Shown in pieces: positions 32,328-42,845 of a DNA stretch of 64,000 bases; the first letter of the stretch is position 1; each line of letters begins with the position of its first letter. Origin of the DNA: Pelagomonas calceolata (taxonomy: Eukaryota); the NCBI GenBank assembly GCA_918797485.1, contig CAKKNE010000001.1:1178001-1242000 (forward strand), given 5' to 3'. A program made the position numbers and the translations under genes. Under the pieces are notes generated by a model, which did not search any database, was not told the DNA's origin, and was given only the letters and a program-made list of their open reading frames with translations.

Positions 32328-33866
32328 ATGCCGCGCGACTCCAGCAGCAGCGATTCCGACGACGCGCCGGCGCGCCGCGCGCCCACCAGACGCAAGAGCT
32401 CGGACGAGGACGCGCCGGCGCGGCGCGACAACGGCGATCGACGAGCGCGGTTGGAGGCGCGGCGGCGCGCGGCCGAGAGTTCGGACGAAGAAGAGAGAGC
32501 GCCGCGGCGGCGATTAGATGACGAGGCCCTGACGCAGCGCGCGGGCGCCGACGCGCGGAAACGTGTTGATGAAGCGTCGCGCGACATTAACGAAGGCCTG
32601 TCCGCGCGGGAAATGGCCCGCAGGCGCGTGCTGGCGCGGCGGAAGGCCCGGGAGGAAGCGAATGACTCCGACGCGGACGTGGAGAACACGGGCGAGCAGC
32701 CCGTCGACCCTGTAAATCCAAGGGGCGACGGCCGCGCGCGCGCGCTGGAGCGGAGAGATCGCATGAAGCGCGCGGAAGATGATGATGCTTTGGTGCCGAC
32801 GTCCCCAAAGGACGAGGAGACCGGGCTGACGGCGCGGGAGAAGGCGCGGAAGCGCGTTTTAGAAAGGAGGAAGCTCCGGGAGGCCCAAGCTAAAAATGAA
32901 GACGGAGATGGTGAAGACGACGACAAGAAGCCTTCGATGGACACTACTGGTTTGCTCGGTGAGTTAGGGAAGGACGGCGACGGCACGAAGTTGGTCAGGA
33001 GGGCCACGATCCTACGCTGGGCCGACGGCGCGTCGGTTTTTGCGATGCTCGCGTTCATGACGTGTTACGTGGGCTTCTTCTGGCTGTGTCTGTGGGACAA
33101 CCAGTGCATCGTCCACGGGTCGAAGGACCGGCACCAGAACGATCCCGCGATATTGGAGGAGTCCTACGCCGCCCGAAGCTTGTTCTGGGTGTTGGTAGTT
33201 TGCGGTTTTGTCGTCGTGCCCTACGTCATCGTCGCCACGGATTCTGCGAGGCGTATTCGCGTGCTGCGGGTTGCGGGCGAAGCGGCGCAAAAAAGGAACC
33301 CGCAGCACTGGTATTACGACCGCAAATATCTATGGCAGGCTGTTGTACTAGCATTGATCACTTCCTTGGTCTTAATTGCCGCGGCGTCGGAACGGTCGAC
33401 GAAGATCCGCCACCAGTACAAGTCCGTTTCCAGAAACTGGGAGCGCTGCGAAAGGGAAGCGGCTTCGAACGGCGTCTGGATCGAGCACGGGAGTTGCCCC
33501 TGGGACAATTCGGTAAGGCTCTTCTACAAACCGGAGGAGGGCGACGAGGTCGAGGCGCGCGGGCGGCCGGCGACGATCTATAGGGACAGAGGCGATTCCT
33601 ACGACGTTGATTATTTAGATGGGGAGTTAGAGCGGGAGGAGCACCTCAAGCGGAGTGACATGCTCTGGAACGAGGCCGGGACGATAAGGCGGAAGCGTAG
33701 GACTTTCCTCGAGCACCAGGTCATCGTCGCGGCGACCGAGGCGGCTTGCTTGATGGCGGCGGCTCTCTGCCTGATGGCGTCGTACCCGGCCGGTGCGGGC
33801 GGCGGTTTTAGTGGAGACACGCTGCGGCTCAAGAAGCCGCTCCGGGCCTCTGGAGGGGGGAACTAA
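32328..33866 (+). CDS. Multi-pass membrane protein with charged N-terminus and Tudor/SH3-like loop
   Basis: Long ORF with about 4 TM helices; RGDSYDVDYLDGELE. Confidence 0.7.
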   Translation: MPRDSSSSDSDDAPARRAPTRRKSSDEDAPARRDNGDRRARLEARRRAAESSDEEERAPRRRLDDEALTQRAGADARKRVDEASRDINEGLSAREMARRRVLARRKAREEANDSDADVENTGEQPVDPVNPRGDGRARALERRDRMKRAEDDDALVPTSPKDEETGLTAREKARKRVLERRKLREAQAKNEDGDGEDDDKKPSMDTTGLLGELGKDGDGTKLVRRATILRWADGASVFAMLAFMTCYVGFFWLCLWDNQCIVHGSKDRHQNDPAILEESYAARSLFWVLVVCGFVVVPYVIVATDSARRIRVLRVAGEAAQKRNPQHWYYDRKYLWQAVVLALITSLVLIAAASERSTKIRHQYKSVSRNWERCEREAASNGVWIEHGSCPWDNSVRLFYKPEEGDEVEARGRPATIYRDRGDSYDVDYLDGELEREEHLKRSDMLWNEAGTIRRKRRTFLEHQVIVAATEAACLMAAALCLMASYPAGAGGGFSGDTLRLKKPLRASGGGN

Positions 33867-34359
33867 GTGGGTATCTCAGCATCCTCGTCTGTAACGGTCC
33901 GGGTGTGACTCGGAGGACTAGTGGGAGGAGCCCCTGGGGAGACTGGCACCGGACGCGATCATCGTCGCGATGCCGGCGCAGGCCCTCCACGCCATCGAGC
34001 AGACGCGGCTACGAATCAGAGGTACTGAATTTCATTGGCTCAGCCTGAGGTTAGCTGGTTGTGGTAGCATTAAGGCTTCGCCGGCTGCCCGTCAGCAGCC
34101 GCCACCCCACTCTGCTTTTGTCTGACTTGTGACAGGCACAACCAGAGTGATTGGGGGATTATTTTTTCATTCTTCTCGACCGCCCCACGGCGGCGACGAG
34201 CGTTCTAACAGCGCGTTAAGCACGTTTCTCGTGTAGGTGCCGATACAACCGCGAGCGCAGGGGAGCCGCCGGAGCGGCGGGGGACTTAGAGGGTTCTGAA
34301 GGACGGAGAATGACGAGGCCGACGCGTGTCACCGCGCGCCTCCGGGAGAGCGCACCGCT

Positions 34360-35632
34360 CTACCAGCGGCCGCAGCCCCGCGGGTCGTGGGGCGGCGGCG
34401 ACGCCGGCGGCGGCGGGGGCGGGCCCCACGGGTGACCGTGGCAGCCCTTGCCCTCGCCCTCGCCCTTGCCCCACGGGTGACCGTGGCCGCGGCCCTTGCC
34501 GTGGCAGCCGCGGCCCTCGCGCGAGCGCGAGCGGCGCCCGTGGCAGCCCTTGCCGTGGCCGCCGCGGCGGCCCCAGCGGTGCTCCTCCTCCATCGACACC
34601 TCGAAGGCCCAGCCGGCGCCGCGACCGTGGCAGCGGCCGCGCCCGTGGAGCCCGCGGCCCCAGCCCTTGCCTCCCTTGCCGTGGCCGCCCTTGTTGCGGA
34701 ACCACTCCTTGGCGCACGCGCGCCCGCCCAACTTGTAGGCCTGGCGCGCGGCCTTGACGTCCTCGACGAGGCCCAGTTTCACAAATCTAGCCGGGCGGCA
34801 GTGGAGCATGCGTAGTAAAGCATGCAAAGTGTTGGAGTCGAGCTTCACGCCCTTCCCCGTCACCGCCTCGAGCACGACATCATGAGTACCGTACTCCTCG
34901 GCTTGGAGTTTGGCAGCTAAAGCGGCGTCGTCCAACGTCGCGTCGGCCTCCTTGTCTTCGATAGATAAAGCCTCGACCACTAACACGTCCTCGGGCTCCT
35001 CGGCCTCGTCTCCTTTGGCAGTGCACTTCAAAGCTTTCGGAGGCGCAAGGCCGCACTTGACCAGGCGCCGCGGCTTGAACTGGAGCACGTCCAACAGCTT
35101 CTTGAGCTCGGTTGAAGGCGCATCCAACCCATGCTTGGCGAGCTCCGCCGCCGCGTGGTCGAAGACATTGCGCGTGTCGACTTCCGTCGACGTGATCTTG
35201 AGCGGCTCGGAGCCGTGCTTCTTGGCCAACGCGAGGTCGGCGTCGTCGAGGAGCTGGAGGTGATCTGAGTCCTGCTCGTTGAGCTGGTAGGTGAGCGTGC
35301 CCTGTGTGCGACGCGACCGGTCAGTAACCCCCAGATTAGAAGTCTCCAAGCGGTTGGACAGGCTGCAATTCATAAAAATCTTTCAATTTTTTGGATTTTG
35401 AGATTGCTGTGAGCAGCCTTACCGCGGGTGATTTCCGGACACTGATCTGAACCTTCGAGGCCTCCTCGCCGTGCGCGCGCTTGAACGCCGCCCGTAGCTC
35501 GTCGATGCCGAGGTCGCACTCGGCCAAACGAGCCGAGCCCGCGAAGACGAGCTTGGCCAGGAGCGTGCGGCCGTCTGCTCTGACGACTACGCCGTCGTGC
35601 GTGTCTTTCATCTGGATGTTGCTGGGGTTCAT
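34360..35632 (-). CDS. PB1-like domain protein with Gly/His/Cys/Lys-rich tail; exons 35632-35453, 35301-34360
   Basis: Spliced EEASK|GTLTYQLNEQDSDHLQLLDDADLALA (PB1 acidic motif-like); tail has GHGKG/CHG repeats. Confidence 0.7.
35302..35452 (-). mobile_element. 151-nt AT-rich intron with degenerate introner-like ends
   Basis: GTTCAGATCAGTGTCCGGAAATCA...GCGTCGCACACAG; phase-0 join. Confidence 0.65.
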
Positions 35633-36512
35633 GGTTGCTTGTTGTTCTTCTTTTTTTTACGCTTTCGTTTAGTATTCTACTTGGCCGAAAGGATGCCTGC
35701 GCGCGTGGTGGTTGCGTCTCGCTCCTTTTTGGGGGAGGCGCGTCCGGGCTCGCCTCTCGTTTTTTGGCTCGCCTCTCGTTTTTGGGCGATTTTTGTATCC
35801 GGCTCGCGAGCGGCGCGCATTTGTACAGGCTGCAAAAAGAAACTCGTTGTTTTTTTTGGGATTGCTGTGAGCAGCCTTGCGCGCCGCGATCCCGTCGGGC
35901 CCGGAGCTCCTTTGACGCCCGCGCGCGCACAAATAGTGTTCCTGGGCTCTCGAGGGCAATTTGTAACCGGTGGAGCAGCGCGCGCTGCGCGACTTCGCAC
36001 ACGGCCGCGCGAGCGATAGTTTGAAGTGATGCGGTGGTGGAATGGGTTTGGGACCTCGCGCGCGCGTCTACGTACCTGTTTGTGTGAGATCACTGCCTGA
36101 GAGAGTGTTCGGCGTGCGGGTACAAATCCGCCGCTCGTTCCGCAGGTGATTTGGACCAAAGTTGAAATCTTTAGAGACGTTTGTGTACGTCTAACGAAGT
36201 CGCGGACCGCTTTTAGCAGCGCAAGTCCCGCTCGGCCGCGCCCGCGGGTGGGACGTGGAGAAAGCCTGAGTCGGCCTCAATGTTTGTTGCATTAGTTTGA
36301 ATGAGACGTTGCGACGGCTTATATACGTATTCTCAGAGAATCGCGGCCTTCGGGAAGCAAGGCTCAAAACAGGTTTTGCATTGTGGCAGCAATTGCAATA
36401 GAACGCGGCGATCAGCCACGACAGATCATATTTGAGGCCTCGTCGAATACGTGTCGACCGGTCTGAGGCCACTGCTGCTGCCAGGCAACTCTCGGAAAGC
36501 GCTGCCAGCAAG

Positions 36513-38268
36513 ATGCCAAAGGCATCCTCACTGCTGCTGCTGCTGCACGCCGCCGCCGCGCTGTGGAGCAAAACCGACTGGCGCACCATGTTCCGCACGG
36601 CCAGCGAGTGCCCGCGACGCACGCCGCTCGACGTCGTGCACGGTGCCATTCCCGCAGCGCTGCGCGGCACGGCCTACAAGGTCGGTCCGGGAAGATTTGG
36701 CGTCGGCAGCGAGGATTACGCACACTGGCTCGACGGCGACGGCTACGTCTTCGCGCTGGATTTCGCCGACGGCGGCGCTACATACTGCGCACGCTTCGTG
36801 GAGACGGCCGGCTACGTCGAGGAGCAGGAGAAGATCACATGGAGGACCACGTTCGGAACGCAAAGGCCGGGCGGCCCGCTGGCGAACGCCTTCGACCTGA
36901 AACTCAAGAATCCAGCAAACACGAACGTGTTGGCAATCCCGGGCCGCGACCGCGTCCTGGCGCTGTGGGAAGCGGGCGCGCCGCACGCCCTCGACATGGA
37001 GACACTTCACACAGTAGGCGTCGACTCGCTGGACGAGAGAGTCGTCCCGGGACCACCCGGCGCGCTCCCGCTAGACCTGCCGCTGCCCTTCACGGGAGAC
37101 GCCGTGAGCGCGCACTACGCCGCGTGCGCGACGACGAAGCAGACCGTGGCGTGGTCGTGGCGACGGCCCGCGTTGGGCGACGACCTCTTCGTGAAGCTCC
37201 ACGAGCTCTCGGACGTCAGCGGCCACGCCGAGGGCGGCGTCGATGGCGTCCTCGAGGGCGTGTCGTTCGCGCCCCATGATATAGGAGCGACGCCCACCCG
37301 TGCTTGTTTCTTAGCCGCACCGGCGCGAGGTCAGCGTCGACATTCACGCCATCGCCGCGGCTCATATTCACACGCAGGCAAGCGTCGAGGTGCTGGGCTA
37401 CGTCCTGGGCTTCCGCGGCCCGGCACAGGGCGTGTTCTTCGACGACAAGCGAATACGCGCGGGAGAGGGCACGACGCTCCATGCCCTCGACCGCAGAAAC
37501 GGCGGAACGGCGGAGCGGTACGTGTGCCCCGACGCGCACGACGCAGCGTCGGAATCAACGCGTCGATGGCGTCAGACATGTCCACGCAGGTACCATCCTA
37601 TTCACGTCGCCAACGCCTGGGACGACGAGACATCGGGCTGCCCGTCCATGATCGCGGCGTGCTGGCCTCCAGACTGCGTCAACGCGATGGCGTCCGAACG
37701 ACGGGACATCCTCGGCGACTGGGCACCGCTCCTCGGCGGCGATTTTTCGGGAGCTGCGGTGACGCAGCTCGTGTCGTTTAGCGGCCACGGCGGCGGCGCG
37801 AGGGCGCGCGTGCTGTGTAGCGGTGCGCATTTGGACCACTGTAAGGTGCACCCGGCCGCCGGTGGCCTCGAGAACAAATTCGTCTACGCCTCCGCCGGCG
37901 CCGCCGTCGCGCGTGGTGACATCAATGACCTCACTTATGCTGCACCGCAACCGCCCCAGGCGTTCGTCCGCGTCGACGTATCTGAGGATGCCGTCGTCGA
38001 TTCGTGGTTCTGCGGCGAGCGGCGGTTCACGGACGACGCGGTGCTCGCGGCAACAGGGGAGGACGAGACTGATGCCTATCTTATAGCGCCGGTCTACGAT
38101 GCCGCGACGCAGCGGTCTACGATTATAGTGCTCGACTGCGGTGACCTCGCCGCGGGACCGGTCTGCGAGCTCGCCCTGCCCGACGACGCGCCATTTATCC
38201 CGTGGGGCCTACATGGCGCCTGGAGCCCCGCAGCGAACGGTGCTACCCGCGCCACCGAGCATGTATGA
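36513..38268 (+). CDS. CCD: Carotenoid cleavage oxygenase (RPE65/CCD family), probably plastid-targeted; two short introns
   Basis: HWLDGDG, KNPANTNV, LALWEAGAPH, AVSAH, FAPHD, IHVANAWD, PWGLHGAW (four Fe-binding His). Introns 37323-37377 and 37518(or 37536)-37589. Confidence 0.88.
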
Positions 38269-38301
38269 ATACCCACGCCGCCGAGCAAAATGAAAAAAAA
38301 A

Positions 38302-38931
38302 CTAACGTGTTGTTGTATTACTACTAGCAGCCGCCCGCCGCCGCGCCCGCCGCACGCGGAACTCGTCCGACGTGAAGAAGTCGCTCACGGCCCTCTCTAC
38401 CAATAAGCGAAGGCCGTCGACGACGAGCTCGCGCGTCGCTCCATCATAAGTCTCGAAGGCGTATGCCTGATCCCCGACCTCAAAAACGAATTCATTCTCA
38501 GCAAAGCCGTTCTTCACCGTCGCGTCCGCGAGCGCGAACGACTGACCCGCGAAGGACACGTCCCGACAAGAACGCGACAACCTCAGAATACAAGAGGCAC
38601 CAGAATGCCGCACGCGCAGGCCGCGCTTCGTCAGTAAATCGACAAATTCGCAGACGAACTCCGTCATCGCGACCGCGTCCTCGTAGGACTTCGGCAATGA
38701 TTCATCATCATTTTCGCGGACGGGCGCGAAGCCCATGGGTTGCTCGCGGATGTAGTTGGGCGGCGGCGGCGCGTCGGCGCCGTCCGAGACGTAGCGCAGG
38801 ATGGGGTATTTCGGTAGGCCCGTGCGCTCGTCTAGCGTATCTACGACGGACCTCCACGCCTGCTGCGGCAGGTCCGTCAATGAATCGACGAGGCTCGGCT
38901 CCGGCTCGGTAGACTTCTCCTCGGCGGCCAT
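38302..38931 (-). CDS. Hypothetical protein with PH-like C-terminal part
   Basis: 209-aa ORF; YAFETYDGATRELVVDGLRLLV resembles a PH terminal strand-helix. Confidence 0.6.
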   Translation of the reverse strand: MAAEEKSTEPEPSLVDSLTDLPQQAWRSVVDTLDERTGLPKYPILRYVSDGADAPPPPNYIREQPMGFAPVRENDDESLPKSYEDAVAMTEFVCEFVDLLTKRGLRVRHSGASCILRLSRSCRDVSFAGQSFALADATVKNGFAENEFVFEVGDQAYAFETYDGATRELVVDGLRLLVERAVSDFFTSDEFRVRRARRRAAASSNTTTR

Positions 38932-39445
38932 TTCTGAAATTCGGCCGTGTTTAACGAGCGAGAGGCGAGCTCGGAGCTTTTGTGCGGCGACAGCTGTGCA
39001 GCCTGTCGGCTGGTGCTACCACAGGCGTGGCTTGCAGCGGTTCTTTTGGTGTGCGGTCGCGCGAGGGCTGCCTCCGCACCGGTCGCTACGCGTGCGCGAG
39101 GCCTTTGGCTGCCCTTGGCTGCCCTGAATCCAATTGTGCCGTGGCTGTGTGGAAAAAAAGGAACAACCCGCACGCGCGAGTGGAGGTAGCCGAAGCCACG
39201 GAAGGCCTACGGAGCCCTCTATAGGCCTCTCGTGTCCCTGTCGCTCGCGCGCACTCAGTGCGCGCGTCTGCGAAGCCGCCCAGCGCCATGCACAGCGCAT
39301 CAGTGGTTGCTGTCGCGACAAAAGCGCAAGGCACCGTCACAAGCAGCACACACGCATCGCACCGACGCCGTCGACGCGCTGGCTTAGTGATCGGGCAGCC
39401 CGGCGGACCAGAAGAACAGCCCCAAGTACGGCAACCACCCACACC

Positions 39446-40345
39446 ATGGCCCACGTCCTCGCCGAGGCGCCCGCGCCGCCGGTGAGGGCGCCCACGCCCG
39501 CGCCGCAGCCGCGGCCGCGCATCTACGAGGGTCACGCGATCGACGCCGCGCTGGAGCAGCGGCTGAGCCTCGACGCGAAGCGCAGGAGCGCGCTCGACAA
39601 GCGCGAGGCGCTGATCATCCGGGCGCTCGCGGCCGTCAAGCGCCGCGAAGCTGCCGTTGCCGAGCGCGAGCGGCGGCTGGACGCGCGGACCGAGGCGCTC
39701 GACCGGCGCGAGCGGATATTAAGGGCGCGGGAAGACACGGAGGCGCGCCGCGCGAAGCGCCTCGAGGATGCTACAATGAGTGCGGACCCGCGATTGCCGG
39801 AGATCGCGAAGCGCTTGGAGGCGGTGGAGAAACTCGTGGACGAGACGGCGGAGGTCGTCTCACCTAGTAAAGAGGAAGAGGCGCAGTGGCGCAAGCGCGC
39901 GAAGCGGCGCGCGGCCACCCCCACTTACGATACGCCGCAGTCGCGGCAGAAACAGGTCGAGGGCTACCTGAACAAGAAGGCCTACCTGAAGAAATCCGGG
40001 AGGCCGCGCACGGCACCACCAAAGAAAACGGGCCGCGAGCCGCCGCACCTCGACGACATGGCCGTCGCGCGCGAGATCTGCCGGTCCCTCGACGTGCTAT
40101 CGCGCGAGACGGGCGAGTCGCGCGAGGCGTGGCGCACGAAAATCTTCGGCGCGAGCCCGCCGCCGAAGCGGCAGGTCTCGGTGACGATGCCGGTCGCCTC
40201 GGCCCCGTTCGCCGTGGCCGAGACGTGCCGGCAGGCCGTCATGTCCGTCGACACGTTACCGGGCGGGCCGCAGGCCCCGCGAGACGTCGACCGGGCCCGG
40301 TTGGAGGAGACGCTGCGCGGGCGGCTCCGTCGCGCGCGCATGTAA
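39446..40345 (+). CDS. Hypothetical coiled-coil protein
   Basis: ATG in ACCATGG context; R/E/A heptad-rich. Confidence 0.65.
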   Translation: MAHVLAEAPAPPVRAPTPAPQPRPRIYEGHAIDAALEQRLSLDAKRRSALDKREALIIRALAAVKRREAAVAERERRLDARTEALDRRERILRAREDTEARRAKRLEDATMSADPRLPEIAKRLEAVEKLVDETAEVVSPSKEEEAQWRKRAKRRAATPTYDTPQSRQKQVEGYLNKKAYLKKSGRPRTAPPKKTGREPPHLDDMAVAREICRSLDVLSRETGESREAWRTKIFGASPPPKRQVSVTMPVASAPFAVAETCRQAVMSVDTLPGGPQAPRDVDRARLEETLRGRLRRARM

Positions 40346-40531
40346 CATATGAATGTACTATTACTTTCGCGGCGACGGCGTGCTGGTGGTACGCGCTTCG
40401 ACCCCACCGGGGCGCACTTGACCCCACCAATACGCCCGGGCCGTCGACGCGGCGAAGTTTTTGAGAGAACATGGATTACACAGGGCGGGACTTTGACGGA
40501 CGAGCTTGGATTTTCTTTTTCCGGCTCGGCC

Positions 40532-40912
40532 CTAATCGGCCACGAGCTCGTCCGGCACGACGCCGCTCTCGAGGACCTTCTCCGCCGTGTAGTCGAACGC
40601 GGCCTTGATGGTGCGTACGACTAAGGGCTCAGGGTCTTCAATCTCACACGCCTCGGCCGTCTCGCGTGCCGAGACGTCGAGGAGCGCGCCTCCTCTGATG
40701 CCGAGGACCTTCAACGGATAGGTCACGGCGCTCTTGATCGTCTTCACGACTTCTTTTTCGGGCTCTTCGATGCCACACTGCTCTCCAGTTTGATGGGCGT
40801 CGAAGCCGAAGGTCCCGCCGCGTACTCTGAGCGCCGCGGCGCCGTGGGCGGGCTTCTTGATGGCCAGCGCGGGGGCGCTGAGGGCGAGGGCGAGCAATGC
40901 TGTTTTGTACAT
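40532..40912 (-). CDS. Small signal-peptide protein with two internal repeats, each preceded by xRGG
   Basis: MYKTALLALALSAPALA; LRVRGG-TFGFDAHQTGEQCGIEEPEKEVVKTIKSAVTY / LGIRGG-ALLDVSARETAEACEIEDPEPLVVRTIKAAFDY. Confidence 0.75.
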   Translation of the reverse strand: MYKTALLALALSAPALAIKKPAHGAAALRVRGGTFGFDAHQTGEQCGIEEPEKEVVKTIKSAVTYPLKVLGIRGGALLDVSARETAEACEIEDPEPLVVRTIKAAFDYTAEKVLESGVVPDELVAD

Positions 40913-41436
40913 CTTTGGGCTCTCCGAAAGCGGTGAAACTTGGGTCACGGCTGCGGGGTTGCTGGGACTTAACGCAGCGGGCACGATTCTCGCTGTGGCT
41001 CGCTGTGGCGCTCGCGCAGGGGCTCAGCAATGCCAGAGTGGCACTTGATGCCAACTCTGATTTTCTCTAGTGGGGTCCGCGGAAACGTCCAAATCACGCA
41101 CCAAGCGCGCCGGCAGCGCCTACTGCGACGTCTCTACGCTTCAAAGGAATCGTGCTTGCCCTAAGTGCGTAGAGATGCTCTTGGGCAGATCAAATATCAC
41201 TTGAGCATCAGTGCGCGGCCGAACAAGCCGCAGTTCACAACCAGAGGCCGCTGGGCGCAGCAACGTAACGCCCTTACCTAGCCCACGCCGCCAACGCGAA
41301 AGAAACGACGCGTTATAGCCGGCACACTGTGCAACCAAGTTGGCGCCATCTTAGCAGCAAGTGTTCGCGGCAGCGTGAGCGCATTGTACATAGCACAAAC
41401 TCAGCGCAGCAGCGCACCGCACAACACAAGAACACC

Positions 41437-41733
41437 ATGCGAGTCCTCAACCTCCTGCTCCTGTGCCTCGGAGCCACCACCGCGCTCGTCTACCACCCGT
41501 CGAGCTTATTACAGCACCGCGGCACGCACGTCCTGCTCTCGTCGGAGGCCGACGAAGCCGACGCCGACGAGGCGCCGGCCGCCGCGGACCCGCCCGCGCC
41601 GGCCGCGGCCGCCGACGGAGGCGGCGTCGACGGCAAGCTCGTCGTGCAGGGCGCGGCCGTGGCCGCCATGGGCGCGGCGCTCTACTTCCTGAACACGCTG
41701 CCGGGGCCGACTTCGGGCTGGGCCGCGAAATAG
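41437..41733 (+). CDS. Small plastid-targeted single-TM protein
   Basis: Signal + TTAL, acidic Ala/Pro linker, C-terminal helix. Confidence 0.6.
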   Translation: MRVLNLLLLCLGATTALVYHPSSLLQHRGTHVLLSSEADEADADEAPAAADPPAPAAAADGGGVDGKLVVQGAAVAAMGAALYFLNTLPGPTSGWAAK

Positions 41734-41762
41734 GACCGAGGCTAAGACCGAAACAATACTAA

Positions 41763-42599
41763 TTAGGGGAACTTCGTCTTCTCGATCACCTTGGCCGCGA
41801 TCTCGAGGCCCGTCGGGATCTGGTAGTAGGCGAACAGACCAAAAGTCACGGCGTTGACGCCGATGTGCGCCGTGCGCGCCCACTCCTTGCCCTTCTGCAT
41901 CTCCGGGACGAGCGCCGCGGCGATGGCCCAGAGCGACGCGACGCCGACGCCCGCGTAGACGTGGGGCCCCGGGAAGAGCTTGCCCGCGCGCATGTACGTG
42001 TTCACCGGGCCCTCGAGGGCCATGGGGATGCCCACGGCGAGCAGAATCGTCCCGAGCTGGTAGTGCCTATCTCTGAAGTTGCCCGCTTGGATGGCGGACC
42101 GCTTCTCCGTCAGGGCGGCGACGGTCGCGTCGGCGTCGGACGCCGCTTGCACCAATGATGGCGGCGGCGGCGCCAGGGCCTCCTCGTCGGAGGCGCCGGC
42201 GCCGGCGTGCTCCTGCACGGCTTTTTGTGCGGCCGAGGCCGCGGCGCGCGCCTCCTTCAATTCAACGCCCAATTCCCTTAACATGCGCCACTGGAGGCCC
42301 GTGTAGCCCGCGTACAGCGTCGCCAGGAAGCAGCCGCCCATCGCTACCGGATGAGCTAAAGAAATGATGCGGCCCTCGGCTAACCCATATTCACCTCCCT
42401 TGGCGACCGCCGCTTCCGGCAGCATTGATGTGGCCAGAGCGGCAGCGCTCACGATCGCCGCGGTCTCCCTGGACGGCTGTCTGACAGGGTCAAGTTGGCT
42501 AAGGCGCCCGGCATCGCGCGCAGCCAAGCCGATCGGGTCGAAACTCGGTCGGAGGCCATTGGCCGCACCAATGACAGCAATGAGACGCGGCCAATGCAT
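41763..42599 (-). CDS. DUF4079-like plastid membrane protein
   Basis: LAHPVAMGG..GLQWR, FRDRHYQLG, GKLFPGPHVYAG, MQKGKEWARTAH, QIPTGLEI. Confidence 0.8.
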   Translation of the reverse strand: MHWPRLIAVIGAANGLRPSFDPIGLAARDAGRLSQLDPVRQPSRETAAIVSAAALATSMLPEAAVAKGGEYGLAEGRIISLAHPVAMGGCFLATLYAGYTGLQWRMLRELGVELKEARAAASAAQKAVQEHAGAGASDEEALAPPPPSLVQAASDADATVAALTEKRSAIQAGNFRDRHYQLGTILLAVGIPMALEGPVNTYMRAGKLFPGPHVYAGVGVASLWAIAAALVPEMQKGKEWARTAHIGVNAVTFGLFAYYQIPTGLEIAAKVIEKTKFP

Positions 42600-42845
42600 T
42601 GCGGCGAACAGCAGTGGCGCCTTCTACTCCGTCTACCGTCAGTTTTTAGCTAAATTTAGCAAATAGTCTTGCGGGTTGTGAACTTCAACCACCCATCCCG
42701 GCGAGAAGCACGCTCTACGACGCCCCCCGTACATTATTCACGCAAAACAAACACCAACGAAAACACAGCGTCGTGACGGCGACGTCCGCGCTGAGACGGC
42801 GGACGCGAGACGAGTCCTATCTTAAATCATTCTTAAAAATCCCCA

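Noticed and set aside
34020..34170. SECIS element or TPP riboswitch
   Set aside because: No in-frame UGA candidate in the flanking genes and no convincing SECIS quartet or TPP core.
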